Assembly (NCBI GenBank): GCA_965223545.1
Contig: OZ245006.1
Coordinates: forward strand, 4,544,001 to 4,608,000
Origin: Planctomycetota bacterium
GTDB lineage: Bacteria > Planctomycetota > UBA1135 > UBA2386
DNA length: 64,000 nucleotides
Direction of reading: 5' to 3'
How positions within the stretch are numbered: the stretch's first letter is position 1; every line of letters begins with the position of its first letter. Below, piece by piece: positions 19,727 through 29,949 of this stretch. The notes below the pieces were generated by a model that was not told where the DNA came from, did no database searches, and saw only the letters and a program-made list of their open reading frames with translations. The translations under genes and the position numbers were made by a program.

Positions 19727-20598
19727 GCGTGCACATCACCGGCGGCAAGGGCTTCTTGGGCAACTATATCGCGCGCTCGCTGGGCGCCGCCGACGTCGAG
19801 GTGTCCGACGTCGACACGCTGGACGTGTGCGATCTGGCGGCGGTGACCGAGCGACTGATGGCATCGCGCCCCGCTGTGGTCTGCCACTTGGCCGGCCTGA
19901 CCGGGGCGAACGCGAGCCTGGCCGATCCGCGCCGCTTCTTCGAGGTCAACACGACCGGCACGCTCAACGTGCTCGAGGCCTGCCGGCGCGCCGAGGTCGC
20001 GGGCTTCGTCTTCATGTCGAGCCTGACGGTGCACGGGCAGACCACCGCACCGGTGACCGAGGACTCCGCGTTCGCGCCGCGCCACCCGTACGCGGGCAGC
20101 AAAGCCGCCGCCGAGCTGGCGGTGCGGACCTACGCCCAGTGCTACGACCTCCGCTGCGCGATCGTGCGTCCGACCCTCATCGCTGGCGAGGGGCAAAAAG
20201 AAGGCAACGCGATGAGCGACTTCGTCGCCGCCGCGCTGCGCGACGAAACGATCGAGCTGTTCGGCGACGGCTCGCACGAGCGCGAGTGGCTGCACCCCGA
20301 GGATGTCGGCGACTGCGTGCGTGCGGCGATCGAGTCGGTCGCCGCAGCCGATGGCCCGGGCTACGAGGCGTATCTGGTCAGCTCGAGCCAGCCGGTCAGC
20401 ATGGCGGCGCTGGCGCAGAAGGCGATCGACGCGGTCGGCAAGGGCAAGCTGGCGTTCCTGCCGTCGACGCGACAGGCGTTCAGCCTGACCACGGCCAGCG
20501 ACAAGGCGCGCCGCCTGCTGGGTTGGCAGCCGCGGTTGTCCTTCGACGACATTTTGGCCCGGGTGGTCGAGATGACGCAGCGCGGCGACACCGTATGA
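19717..20598 (+). CDS. NAD-dependent epimerase/dehydratase
   Basis: TGGKGFLG, HLAG, YAGSK, GDGSHERE. Confidence 0.88.
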   Translation: MAVSVHITGGKGFLGNYIARSLGAADVEVSDVDTLDVCDLAAVTERLMASRPAVVCHLAGLTGANASLADPRRFFEVNTTGTLNVLEACRRAEVAGFVFMSSLTVHGQTTAPVTEDSAFAPRHPYAGSKAAAELAVRTYAQCYDLRCAIVRPTLIAGEGQKEGNAMSDFVAAALRDETIELFGDGSHEREWLHPEDVGDCVRAAIESVAAADGPGYEAYLVSSSQPVSMAALAQKAIDAVGKGKLAFLPSTRQAFSLTTASDKARRLLGWQPRLSFDDILARVVEMTQRGDTV

Positions 20599-20635
20599 CC
20601 ACGATTGAGGATTCCACCACTGTGAGACGCAACCG

Positions 20636-22288
20636 ATGACGACCCACCCCGAGAGCGAGGCCGCTGTTCCGGCTTCGGATTCGAATCTGCTCGTGACCTT
20701 GGCCGTGCTGCTCGTGGGCCTCGGTGCGGCCGCGTTCACCTATCTCGTCGTGACGCCACAGTACGTCATCGACGATGCGTTCATCGGTTTTCGCTACGCC
20801 CGCAACCTGTACGAGAGCGGTGAGCTCGTCTTCAACCTCGGCGAGAACGTCGAGGGCTACACCAGCTTTCTGTGGGTGCTGATCTCGGCGCTCGCGTTTC
20901 CGCTCGGCCTGGAGCCGATCCACTTCGTGCAGGGCGTCGCCATGGTGGCGCAGTTCTTGACGATCATCCTGGTGTTTGCCACCGGCCGCCGGATGGGACG
21001 CTCGCCGTCCCGGTGCCTGCTGGCGACCGTGCTGGTGGCGACCCACGTCGGCATCCTCGCCTATCCGATGACCGGCATGGACACCTCGCTGGTGACGATG
21101 TTGGTCACCTGGAGCCTGTTCCTCCTGGCCCGCGGTCTCGACCGCTGGCGCGACTCGCTGCTGCTGGGCATCGCCCTGAGCGGCATCGCGCTCACCCGCT
21201 TCGACGGCTTCGTCCTGGTCGGGATGGTGCTGAGCTACCTGCTGTTGTTCCGCGCCCGCACCTTGCTCCGCGCCGCGCCCGCGGTGCTGATCTTCTTGGC
21301 CGCGATGGCTGCCTACCACTACTGGCGGCTCGAGATCTACGGCTACGACCTGGTCCCCAACACGGCGCACGCCAAGGTGCAGTTCGGCCGCGACCGGCTG
21401 GTGCAGGGGATGGTCTACCTGATGAAGTTCTTCCGCGAAGGCGCCTACCAGTTCTTGGTGCTGGTCGCGATCGTGCCGTTCCTGTTGGGGCGCGTCACAC
21501 CCTTCATCGGCCTGCTGGGATGGGTCGGCATGTGGCAGCTGGCCTACACGATCAGCGTCGGTGGCGACTGGATGCCGTTCTTCCGCTTCATGCTGCCGGT
21601 GGCGCCCGCGCTGCTGCTGTTGGTGCAGGAGGGAGTGTGGTCCGCACGGGACGTCGGTGCCGGCCGCGAGCCGTCGCCGCTGCTCGGTCGGTTCGCCACC
21701 TTTGCGATGGTGACCGCGCTGTTGGCCTGTAGCGCCGTCAACCTGTGGCACGGAGCGTTCGGCGGCTATCGGCGCAGCGAGCCGTTCGCCTACGGTCTCA
21801 ACGGCGAGACGTTCAACCACGACGACTGCGAAGTCATTGGCAAGCACATCGACGAGCACTTCCCCAAGGACTGGTTCTTGGCGATGGAGTGGGCCGGGGT
21901 CATTCCCTTCTGGGCGCACCAACGGACGTTCGACATCCTGGGGCTCAACGACGGGGATGCGACCAAGAAGGAGTACCGGGACCAGTTCCCGTCGTCGCAG
22001 ATCGGCTTGATGCCGACCGCCGAGTTCATGGTTGAGCAGAAGAACCCCGATCTCGTCGTGGTTTCCGGCAAGCTGTACGACACCGAGGAAGAGGCGCTGC
22101 AGTGGGCCGAGCACCGCATGCGCGGTGGCAACGAGGATCGGCGTGGTGGCCGCTGGTCCAACGGCTTCTACGGCGTCCTCGACCGCGAGCCCTACCAGTA
22201 CCGCGTGGTCACGACCGTGATCGGCGGTCGGTATTGGCCGTTCCTGCTGCGCAACGATCGCGAGGTGCCGGTCCCCGCCGGCGGCTGA
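20636..22288 (+). CDS. Polytopic GT-C glycosyltransferase (AftB-like)
   Basis: DDAFIGFRYARNL...FNLGENVEGYTS, many TM helices, GGDWMP..RF, DILGL. Confidence 0.75.
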   Translation: MTTHPESEAAVPASDSNLLVTLAVLLVGLGAAAFTYLVVTPQYVIDDAFIGFRYARNLYESGELVFNLGENVEGYTSFLWVLISALAFPLGLEPIHFVQGVAMVAQFLTIILVFATGRRMGRSPSRCLLATVLVATHVGILAYPMTGMDTSLVTMLVTWSLFLLARGLDRWRDSLLLGIALSGIALTRFDGFVLVGMVLSYLLLFRARTLLRAAPAVLIFLAAMAAYHYWRLEIYGYDLVPNTAHAKVQFGRDRLVQGMVYLMKFFREGAYQFLVLVAIVPFLLGRVTPFIGLLGWVGMWQLAYTISVGGDWMPFFRFMLPVAPALLLLVQEGVWSARDVGAGREPSPLLGRFATFAMVTALLACSAVNLWHGAFGGYRRSEPFAYGLNGETFNHDDCEVIGKHIDEHFPKDWFLAMEWAGVIPFWAHQRTFDILGLNDGDATKKEYRDQFPSSQIGLMPTAEFMVEQKNPDLVVVSGKLYDTEEEALQWAEHRMRGGNEDRRGGRWSNGFYGVLDREPYQYRVVTTVIGGRYWPFLLRNDREVPVPAGG

Positions 22289-22487
22289 GCTGGGTCGCGG
22301 GCCGGTTTCTCGAGAAAGAGTGAGACACGAAAGGCCCTTCGGGACCATTACCGGCATGCCTGACTGGCACCCTTCCCGGCACGCCCGGGAGGGTCGAAGG
22401 AGGGTTACGTCGCGTTCTTTTCGTCCCCTTGGCCAGTGCCAGCTCCCTGGCCGATGCCATCGGACCCGCGGATAACCCAAGCCGGCA

Positions 22488-22530
22488 GCCACCGTTCCCC
22501 GAACTCGAGTCGCCTCCGGGGAACGGTGGC
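22488..22530. terminator. Hairpin between convergent genes (possible terminator)
   Basis: GCCACCGTTCCCCG / CGGGGAACGGTGGC inverted repeat. Confidence 0.55.
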
Positions 22531-22544
22531 GGCCTCTGTTTTGG

Positions 22545-23093
22545 TCAGTCGCCGCGCACCGGAGTACCGGTGAGGATCAGGTCGGCGGCCGCGGCCAGGT
22601 CGTCGACGACCGCGTCGGGGCGGGCGCCGTGGTCCCCATCCGCCCCGCCGTATCCGGTGCGAACCAGAATCGTGCGCACGCCCGCGTTGGCGCCGGTCTG
22701 GACGTCGACCGTCTTGTCGCCGACCAGCCAGCTCTGGCCTCGATCGATCTCCAGGTCCGCCGTCGCGCGGTCCACCATGCCGGGGCTGGGCTTGCGATCG
22801 GGGTGCCCGTCGTCGGGCAGCGCGGGGCAGTGGTAGATCCGGTCGATGGCGACGCCGTCCGCGGCGAGCAAGCGGGCCATCTTATCGTGGATGCGCTGCA
22901 GCGTCGCCTCGTCGAAGTAGCCGCGCGCGAGCCCGCTCTGGTTGGTGACCACGACCAGGAGGAAGCCGGCGTCCTGCAGCCGGCGCAGCGCCGGTCCCAC
23001 GCCCGGCAGCAGCTCGAAGTCCTCCGGCCGCGACAGGTAGTGCACCTCGTGGTTGATGGTGCCGTCGCGATCCAGGAACACCGCCGGCCTCAA
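22545..23093 (-). CDS. gmhB: D,D-heptose 1,7-bisphosphate phosphatase
   Basis: FLDRDGTIN, TNQSGLARG, RKPSPGM, GDK..D; TTG start overlaps the gmhA stop. Confidence 0.9.
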   Translation of the reverse strand: MRPAVFLDRDGTINHEVHYLSRPEDFELLPGVGPALRRLQDAGFLLVVVTNQSGLARGYFDEATLQRIHDKMARLLAADGVAIDRIYHCPALPDDGHPDRKPSPGMVDRATADLEIDRGQSWLVGDKTVDVQTGANAGVRTILVRTGYGGADGDHGARPDAVVDDLAAAADLILTGTPVRGD

Positions 23094-23662
23094 GACGCCA
23101 GCTCCTGCTCGACCAGCGAGCACAGGATGTGGCCGATCATGATGTGCGACTCCTGGATGCGCGGGGTCTCGGTCGACGGCACCTTGAGGCACAGATCGCT
23201 GCGCTGCTCGAGCGCGCTGCCCTTGGCCCCGGTCAGCCCGATCACGAACAGCCCGCGGCGGCGGGCCTCGTCGCAGGCGGCCAGGATGTTCGGGCTCGAG
23301 CCGCTGGTCGAGATGCCGACGAACACGTCGCCGCGCACGCCGAGAGCCTCGACCTGGCGCCGAAACACCGCCTCGATGCCGTAGTCGTTGGTGAGGGCGG
23401 TCAGCGCCGAAGTGTCGGTGGAGAGGCTGATCGCCGGCCACGCCGAGCGCTCGACCAAGTAGCGGCCGACCAGCTCGGCGGCGATGTGCTGCGCGTCGGC
23501 GGCCGAGCCGCCGTTGCCGGCGAGGAGCAGCTTGTTGCCGGCGCGCAGCGCGTCGGCGACCAGCCGCGCGGCCTGCAGGATCTGCGGTGTCAGCTGGTCG
23601 GCGACCGCCTGTTTGACGCGGATGCTCTCGGCGATCTGGTCTTTGACCTCGGTCTCGTGCAT
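23090..23662 (-). CDS. gmhA: Phosphoheptose isomerase
   Basis: GNGGSAADAQHIAAELVGRY, STSG.S.N, TPRIQESH. Confidence 0.95.
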   Translation of the reverse strand: MHETEVKDQIAESIRVKQAVADQLTPQILQAARLVADALRAGNKLLLAGNGGSAADAQHIAAELVGRYLVERSAWPAISLSTDTSALTALTNDYGIEAVFRRQVEALGVRGDVFVGISTSGSSPNILAACDEARRRGLFVIGLTGAKGSALEQRSDLCLKVPSTETPRIQESHIMIGHILCSLVEQELAS

Positions 23663-23770
23663 GGGACCGCCCAGTGTAGCGGGGGCCGAGGCCGGCGATT
23701 TTTTTCTTCGCGCGCGCGTGCGCTCGCCGCGGTGCCGGCAGTCACCAGGGACCGAAACCAAGGAAATCAG

Positions 23771-25258
23771 ATGAACGCCAACTACGCCAAGATCCCCGCC
23801 CTGCTGACCGCCATCACCGCGAGCCTCGCCGCGCAGTCGCCGACGACGTTCCTGTTCAGCCCGCTCAAGCCGGCCGAGTCGCTCAGCGGCTCCGGCGGCA
23901 CCGTCCTCGGCCAGCTCAACCCCGCCTCGGTCGACCAGGTCACGCCGGCGCCCGGTGGCGGCTACTCGGCCGAAGCCTTCATCAAGGGCATGAGCTGGCA
24001 GACCATGGTCGGCGACGAGGACGGCGACGGCGATGTCCACAGCCCGTTCGTGTTCCGCGGCGTCGACGCGGTGCTGGTCAAGCCGTACCGGATCGATCGG
24101 CAGGGCTCCGTGCAGCCGCGCAACACTCCGGTCACGCCACTCGACACCTTCATCTCGCCGGTCGCCGATCTGGGCACCAACGTGAGCGGCGCGCCCGGCC
24201 TGCGCCGCGGGGACTGTGGTGCGGTCGTGCGCAACAGCGCAGGCAACGGCCAGATCGAGCACTTCATCACCGCCGATCAGATCGTCGACGCGTTCGGCAT
24301 CATCGACCGCCAAACGCGCCAGCGGCTCGATCCCAAGGAGCTCAACCTGGACGCGATCTGCGTCGATGGCCGGCGCAACATCTTCTTGTCGTTCGAGGAG
24401 ACCCAGATCCTGACGCTGATCGTCTCCGGTGCGCCGGCGACGATCGCGGTCGCGGACGGCGCGGTGCTCTGGTTGCCGCCGGCGGCGTGGACGTACGACG
24501 CACGCGGCAACGTGGCTTCGGTCGTCGCGCGCCGCGGGCGCGTGGCGCTCAGCGAGTTCGATGTCGACGCGCTGGTGACGGCGGCGGGCATTGCCGACTT
24601 CGCGGGCGGGTGTCCCGTCACCATCGGCGACACGGACGCCCTGGCCATCGACCGCCGCGGCGGCTCCTTCACCGTCAACTGGGGTGGCACTGCCTACTCG
24701 GCTCCGCACCTGCTGATCGGCGGTGAGACTCTGACCAACGCCGGCGTCATCGCCACCGCGGGCGGTGGCACGATCGGCGCGGCCAACGGCGTGCCGCTGG
24801 CGGCTGCGTGCGGTGCCGGCACCACCTCGGGACCGCGGATGGGCTTGTCGCCGCTGCAGGTCACCAGCCTCGACGGACTCGATAGCCTGGCACGGGCTCC
24901 CGGCCGCTTCGTGATGGGCAGCCCGACCCCGACCGGTCTCGGCGGCGCTATCGAGGTGCACATCGGCACCAACCAGCCGGTCGCCGGAGTGTGGCTGTTC
25001 TTCGGCCTCGGCACCCTGCCGGTGTCGGCGTCGATCGACTTCACCGCCATCGCCCCCGGGACCTCCTGCTTCCCCGAGCTCTACCCCGCCGTCCTGGCCG
25101 GTGGCCCGATCTTCGTGCCGACCGCCGCCGACGGGTTCGGCAACCAGGTCGGCGTCTTCGGCCCGGTGCCGTCGCCGGTTCTGCCCACCGGTCTGCTGAT
25201 GCAGGCGGCGGCCTGGACGGGGAGCGTCCAGCTGAGCACCCCGATCACGCTGCACTGA
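23771..25258 (+). CDS. Secreted hypothetical protein
   Basis: Signal peptide ending SLAAQ; long ORF with typical codon bias; divergent copy of the shared C-terminal domain. Confidence 0.75.
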   Translation: MNANYAKIPALLTAITASLAAQSPTTFLFSPLKPAESLSGSGGTVLGQLNPASVDQVTPAPGGGYSAEAFIKGMSWQTMVGDEDGDGDVHSPFVFRGVDAVLVKPYRIDRQGSVQPRNTPVTPLDTFISPVADLGTNVSGAPGLRRGDCGAVVRNSAGNGQIEHFITADQIVDAFGIIDRQTRQRLDPKELNLDAICVDGRRNIFLSFEETQILTLIVSGAPATIAVADGAVLWLPPAAWTYDARGNVASVVARRGRVALSEFDVDALVTAAGIADFAGGCPVTIGDTDALAIDRRGGSFTVNWGGTAYSAPHLLIGGETLTNAGVIATAGGGTIGAANGVPLAAACGAGTTSGPRMGLSPLQVTSLDGLDSLARAPGRFVMGSPTPTGLGGAIEVHIGTNQPVAGVWLFFGLGTLPVSASIDFTAIAPGTSCFPELYPAVLAGGPIFVPTAADGFGNQVGVFGPVPSPVLPTGLLMQAAAWTGSVQLSTPITLH

Positions 25259-25340
25259 CGGACGATCGCTCCCCCCCGACGTGTGGCCGGGCGGTAAGCT
25301 CGGGCTGCACGTCGATTCGCGTACACCGCCGCGCAATCCT

Positions 25341-25931
25341 TTGGAACTCGACCAGAGCCAGCAGCTGATTCGCCGCGCTCAGACGCGCGACCGCGCGGCG
25401 CTCGAAGCGCTGTTCGCGCACTACGCGCCGATCGTGCGCCGCGGCCTCCGCCGCGCGCTGGGCGAGAGCTACCGCCGCCTGCACGGTGACAGCGAGGACG
25501 CCGCGCAGGATGCCCTGCTGGCCGCGTTTGCCCGCATCGAGCACTACGAGCCGAGAGCGGACGCGACGTTCGCGGCCTGGCTGCTGCGCATCGCCGAGCT
25601 GGAGATGCTGCAGCGGCTGCGCGCCGCGCGCCGCGACAAGCGTGGCGGCGGCGCCGTCGGCGCGCTCGACACCGCGGTGCAGGCGGTGCAGCCCGACGGC
25701 GGGGACACGCCGACCCAAGTCGCGCGCGGGCACGAGCTCGAGCAGCGTGTGCGCGCGTGTCTGGCGCGCATGCCGGAGCGCGAGCGCGCGGCGATCGAGC
25801 TCAAGCGCTACCTGCAGCTGGACACCGGTCAGATTCGCGAAGAGCTCGGCCTACCCAGTGATGGCGCCGTGCGCGCGCTGGTCTCGCGGGCGCAGGTCCG
25901 GCTGGCCGAGCTGCTCGACGACGACAGCTGA
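25341..25931 (+). CDS. ECF sigma-70 factor
   Basis: DRAALEALF, DSEDAAQD, FAAWL..IA, region-4 HTH; start uncertain. Confidence 0.85.
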   Translation: MELDQSQQLIRRAQTRDRAALEALFAHYAPIVRRGLRRALGESYRRLHGDSEDAAQDALLAAFARIEHYEPRADATFAAWLLRIAELEMLQRLRAARRDKRGGGAVGALDTAVQAVQPDGGDTPTQVARGHELEQRVRACLARMPERERAAIELKRYLQLDTGQIREELGLPSDGAVRALVSRAQVRLAELLDDDS

Positions 25932-25946
25932 TGTGCCGGCGCCGGC

Positions 25947-27248
25947 TCAGGGGCGGGCCAAAGTGATCCGGTGCGGCGGGGTCGCTTCGGCGAGTCCGCT
26001 GGACGGCAGCAAGAACGACTGCAGCCATAAGACCTTGCCGACGAGACTCTGGTTGGCCGGGATCGGCAGCGGCTGGCGGCCGTAGCCGGTGGGCCCCGCG
26101 GGCGTGGCGGCGATCGGCGCGAAGGTCAGGGGCGACAGCTCCAGGGCCCCCAAACCGATCGAGGGCAGCGCGATCGAGCTCGGAGCGCGCGCCGTCGACA
26201 GCGCGGTGAGCCAGACGTTGGCCGGACCGCCGATCTGCCAGTTGTAGAAGCTGAGGATCTCAGTCGAGCCGATGCGCCAGCGCTGGCCGGTGACGAACAG
26301 CTGTGGCTGTGGCCACAGCGGATTCTGCTCGGCCCGCATCCAGCCGTCGTCGGCCCCCAGGGTGCGGACGTCGGAACCCTGGCGACAAATGCAGGTGATC
26401 TCGGTCGGCGACAGAATGCCCGAGGGCTGGTTGTGGTAGGTCAGGCTGGAGGCGGCGGCGATGAACGGGCTGGTCTCGTCGGCGGCCGTGTTGCGTTCGG
26501 CGATCGCCAGCGGTTGGCTCCACACTCCGGTGTTGCCGTCGCGCCACGCGACGTAGAGGTCCGCGCCACCGCTGCCGCCGGCGCGCCGGCTGCTGAACCA
26601 GAGGATCGAGCCGCCGGCCTCGGGCGCGGGGCCGTCGTCGTCCGCGGCCGGATCGTTGATGTTGGGGACCGGTTGCACCTGACCCCAGGGCGAGCGGCGG
26701 TTGCTGCGGCGCGCGGAATGGATGTCGCTTTGACCGCTCGAAGCGGCGGCGAAGAACATCGTCAGCCCATCGTCGGTCAACTGCGGGTCGCGCACCGCCA
26801 CTCCGCTCGGGCTGACTTCGTTGACCAGCACCGGCGTGGACCACGGCGCGGCCAGACTGTTGCGCCGGCTGACGAAGATCGACCGCGGCCCACGCGCGCT
26901 GCTGCGTCCACTGGAGAAGTAGAGCTCGAGACCGTTCGCGCTCAGCGCCGGTCCGTCGTCGTCCGCGCCGCTGTTGACGTTCGTCAGCACCCGCGCCGGC
27001 CCCCACGGCGCGCCGGCCAACGGCCGGCTGGCCGTCCAGAGATCGAGGCCCCGACTGCCGGGTCGGTTCGAGGCGAACACCGCGATGGTCTCGTCGCGGT
27101 TGAGTGTCAGGTCCTGGACCGCGCTGCCGGTCGGGGTGCCGAACCGCACGGGCGTCGCTTGGGCGAAGAAGGTGCCGCTCTGCGCGCTGACCGGAGCAAG
27201 ACCGAGGAGCGCGCTGGCGGACCACAGCAGGGAGCGGGGCATGGCCAT
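25947..27248 (-). CDS. Secreted PD40/TolB-like beta-propeller protein with the shared C-terminal domain
   Basis: Repeats of P.LS.DG..L.F.S.R.G..DLW.A.R; signal peptide. Confidence 0.82.
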   Translation of the reverse strand: MAMPRSLLWSASALLGLAPVSAQSGTFFAQATPVRFGTPTGSAVQDLTLNRDETIAVFASNRPGSRGLDLWTASRPLAGAPWGPARVLTNVNSGADDDGPALSANGLELYFSSGRSSARGPRSIFVSRRNSLAAPWSTPVLVNEVSPSGVAVRDPQLTDDGLTMFFAAASSGQSDIHSARRSNRRSPWGQVQPVPNINDPAADDDGPAPEAGGSILWFSSRRAGGSGGADLYVAWRDGNTGVWSQPLAIAERNTAADETSPFIAAASSLTYHNQPSGILSPTEITCICRQGSDVRTLGADDGWMRAEQNPLWPQPQLFVTGQRWRIGSTEILSFYNWQIGGPANVWLTALSTARAPSSIALPSIGLGALELSPLTFAPIAATPAGPTGYGRQPLPIPANQSLVGKVLWLQSFLLPSSGLAEATPPHRITLARP

Positions 27249-27361
27249 GATGGTGTCTGGCCAACGTAGCGCGGCGGAGTGTTGTCGGTCAGCCCCTACG
27301 CCCCGGCTACAGTCAGTGTGGGGCGCGGACCCGGACGGCGTGTCGAAAGTCCAGCCCACAG

Positions 27362-29026
27362 TCAGCGCTGCACGAAGACGCCGTTGTTCTGCCGCGCCAG
27401 CTCGCGGAGGAAGTCGGCGCCCAGTCCCTCGCCGGTGAACACCGTGTGGATGCGGACGCCGCGGTGGCGGTTGATCTCGCGGACCACGGCGAGGATCGCG
27501 TCGGTGTTGCGGACGGCTCCGGCCGAGGGCTCGCCGTCGGAGAGCAGGAACACCTCGTCGATGCTGGGCTGGGGGCCACCGGGCCACGGTCCGCGCTCGC
27601 CGTCGAGGACCGCGACCAGCGCATCGAACACGTTGGTGCCGCCCTCGGGCTCGAGGCGGGCGAGGGTCTCGGTCAGCGATCGGCTGGCGCGGTCGGTCGG
27701 TGGCACCGGCTTGCGGTTCCAGACCAGCGCGTCGTTGGCGAAGGTGTAGAGGTGGTAGCGGGTGTCCGGGTCCATCGCGTTGACGGCGGTGGTCAGCTGT
27801 TCGCAAGCCGCGGCCAGCCGTGAGCGTTGGCGCTGGGTGGCCGTCGTGCCCTGGCCGGTCGATCGCACCGCCTTGCGCATGCTGCCCGACGTGTCGACGA
27901 CGAACGCGATCTCGACGCCGGTGATCGGCACGCCGAAGAACGAGGCGCGCGTGCCGCCGGCGCGGCGGCGCACGGGCTTGAGCTCGAGAGTGTCGCGCTC
28001 GCGTTGCCAGAACTCGGCCCACGCGTCCGGCGCGTCGATCGGCAACAGTGCGCCCAGCAACCGCTGCAGGGCGTGCCAGGCGCGGCTGCGGCGCACGCGC
28101 TGCGCGCGGGCGTTGACGGTCTCGACCAGGGTGTCGGAGTGCTCCTGGCGCAGCAGCCCGATGAGGGCGTCGATCGCCTCCGGGCAGGGGTGTTGTTCGC
28201 ACAGCTCGACGACCGCCAGATCGGTGCGCCAGCCGGCGCGGCCGAGCACTCGCAGGCAGCGGCGCACGAGCTGCCAGCGCGCGTCTTCGCCGAGCTCGGT
28301 CGGTGGCCGTCGCAGCAGCGCGCGGGCGCCGCGCAGTAGCATGGCGGCGACCACCGGGTGGCGCTCGGTCGCCAGCGCACGCCCCAGCACCGCCGCGCTG
28401 TGCGCGCTGCGCATGCGGCCGATCGCCTCGGCGGCGGCCAGCCGCAGGCGCGGGTCGCCGGCGGCCAGGTGGCGCTCGACGATCGGGCGGAACACCGGCA
28501 GATCGCGGTCGGCGAGCAGGCGCAGCGCCGCAACCTGCACGCCGACGCGCGTGCTGTCCCCGGCGCCGTCGTCGCCGCGGGCCGCCCGCAAGACCCGGTC
28601 CCAGGTCGCGGTGTCGGTGCGCTGCATCAACGTCCAGTGCGCCCGGTCGCGGACCGCGATCGCGCTGCTGTCGAACAGTCGGCGCTCGTAGCCGGCCGCG
28701 CACAGCTGCAGCACTGCCTCGGTCACGGCCGGGTCAAAAGTGTGTTCGGCGGCGCGCAGCAGCCGCAGCAATGCATCCTGCTCGGTGATCCGCAATCCGG
28801 CGGCGAGGTCGGGGAGCGCCCTGCGGTAGTCGTTGCGCGCCGACTGCGATGCCAGGTCGTGGACCTGCAGCGTGTGGTTGTCGAAGCGGTCGGACCAGTG
28901 CTGCAGGGCGTCTGCGAGCGCTTCCGCGTCGACCTCGACGGGCGGCGTCGGGGGACCGGAGCCAGCGGGACCCTGGCACGGCAGGACGGCGGCGAGCGCG
29001 GCGATCGCGGTGGGCAGGGCGCGCAT
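27362..29026 (-). CDS. HEAT-repeat plus VWA domain protein
   Basis: RLAAAEAIG HEAT repeats; FFG.P, MIDAS DTSGSM, GGTN, LLSDGEP. Confidence 0.85.
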   Translation of the reverse strand: MRALPTAIAALAAVLPCQGPAGSGPPTPPVEVDAEALADALQHWSDRFDNHTLQVHDLASQSARNDYRRALPDLAAGLRITEQDALLRLLRAAEHTFDPAVTEAVLQLCAAGYERRLFDSSAIAVRDRAHWTLMQRTDTATWDRVLRAARGDDGAGDSTRVGVQVAALRLLADRDLPVFRPIVERHLAAGDPRLRLAAAEAIGRMRSAHSAAVLGRALATERHPVVAAMLLRGARALLRRPPTELGEDARWQLVRRCLRVLGRAGWRTDLAVVELCEQHPCPEAIDALIGLLRQEHSDTLVETVNARAQRVRRSRAWHALQRLLGALLPIDAPDAWAEFWQRERDTLELKPVRRRAGGTRASFFGVPITGVEIAFVVDTSGSMRKAVRSTGQGTTATQRQRSRLAAACEQLTTAVNAMDPDTRYHLYTFANDALVWNRKPVPPTDRASRSLTETLARLEPEGGTNVFDALVAVLDGERGPWPGGPQPSIDEVFLLSDGEPSAGAVRNTDAILAVVREINRHRGVRIHTVFTGEGLGADFLRELARQNNGVFVQR

Positions 29027-29034
29027 GCAGCCTC

Positions 29035-29949
29035 CTAGTCTCGCACAGTCGGCTTGTTGTCACCCGCCTCCAGCCAACGCGCCATCAGGGCGCGCATGGC
29101 GGCGCGGTCGTAGGCCCAGAGGTCGACGTGGCCGGCACCGCCGATCCACTGCAGCTGCTTGACCCGCGCGCCGCTCGCGGCAAACAGGTCCTCGGTCAGA
29201 CCCTCGCCGACCGACCGGTCGGCGTCGCCACACACCAACAGGGTCGGCATGCGCAGCGCGCGGATGGCATCGACCGGGCGAAGTTCCCGACGGTCGATCC
29301 CCAACAGCCACTGGCAGCCGAGGTGCATCGGCCACAGCGAGACATCGGGGGCCGGCACCCACGGCACGCGATTCTGCAGTGCGCTGTCGATGTCGCGGTA
29401 GCACGCCTCGAGCACGACGAAGGCCCAACCCGTGTCGGTGCCGGCGTAGACCACCGCCGCCGCGCCCAACGACTGGCCGTGTGCGGCGATGGTGTCGTAG
29501 CCGGTGCCGGCAAGCCACGCGTGCCAGGCGCGCAAGTCGAGGGCCTCGTGCCAGCCCATCGAGATCCGTGCCGGATCGCTTTCGCCGGTGCCGCGCAGGT
29601 CGACCAGCAGCGCATCCCAGCCGTGCTCGAGGTAGAACGCGGCGCGTTCGACGAGGGCGCTGCGCGTGCCGGCGACGCCGGTGACCAAGACGACGACGCG
29701 CGCGCGGGTGCCACCACTGCGCGCCAGCCAGCCGCGCACGGTGAGGCCGTCGGCGGTGACGACCGCGGCCGGCTCGACGGCATGGCCGGCGATCTCGGTG
29801 CGCGCCGCGACCGGGCGATTGCGCGGTTGGGTCAGCACCACCGCGACGACGATTCCGCCGGCGAACCAGAGCACGGCCGGCGCGACGACGAACACCGAGA
29901 ACCACACGCGCCAGCGGCGCCAGAGTGGCCGCGGCGCGGCGCGGGTCAC
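29035..29949 (-). CDS. Alpha/beta hydrolase
   Basis: DLRGTGES, GQSLG, D and H of the triad (GAGHVD). Confidence 0.88.
   Translation of the reverse strand: MTRAAPRPLWRRWRVWFSVFVVAPAVLWFAGGIVVAVVLTQPRNRPVAARTEIAGHAVEPAAVVTADGLTVRGWLARSGGTRARVVVLVTGVAGTRSALVERAAFYLEHGWDALLVDLRGTGESDPARISMGWHEALDLRAWHAWLAGTGYDTIAAHGQSLGAAAVVYAGTDTGWAFVVLEACYRDIDSALQNRVPWVPAPDVSLWPMHLGCQWLLGIDRRELRPVDAIRALRMPTLLVCGDADRSVGEGLTEDLFAASGARVKQLQWIGGAGHVDLWAYDRAAMRALMARWLEAGDNKPTVRD

Noticed and set aside
22310..22350. GAAAGAGTGAGACACGAAAGGCC resembling a c-di-GMP-I riboswitch
   Set aside because: The upstream GCAAA/P1-P2 pairing is not evident, and the site lies between convergent gene ends.
23090..25336. Apparent 748-aa GmhA fusion (likewise the 918-aa, 885-aa and 1104-aa ORFs)
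   Set aside because: The extensions are open frames overlapping other real genes; the true starts are downstream (23662, 27248, 35673, 61556).
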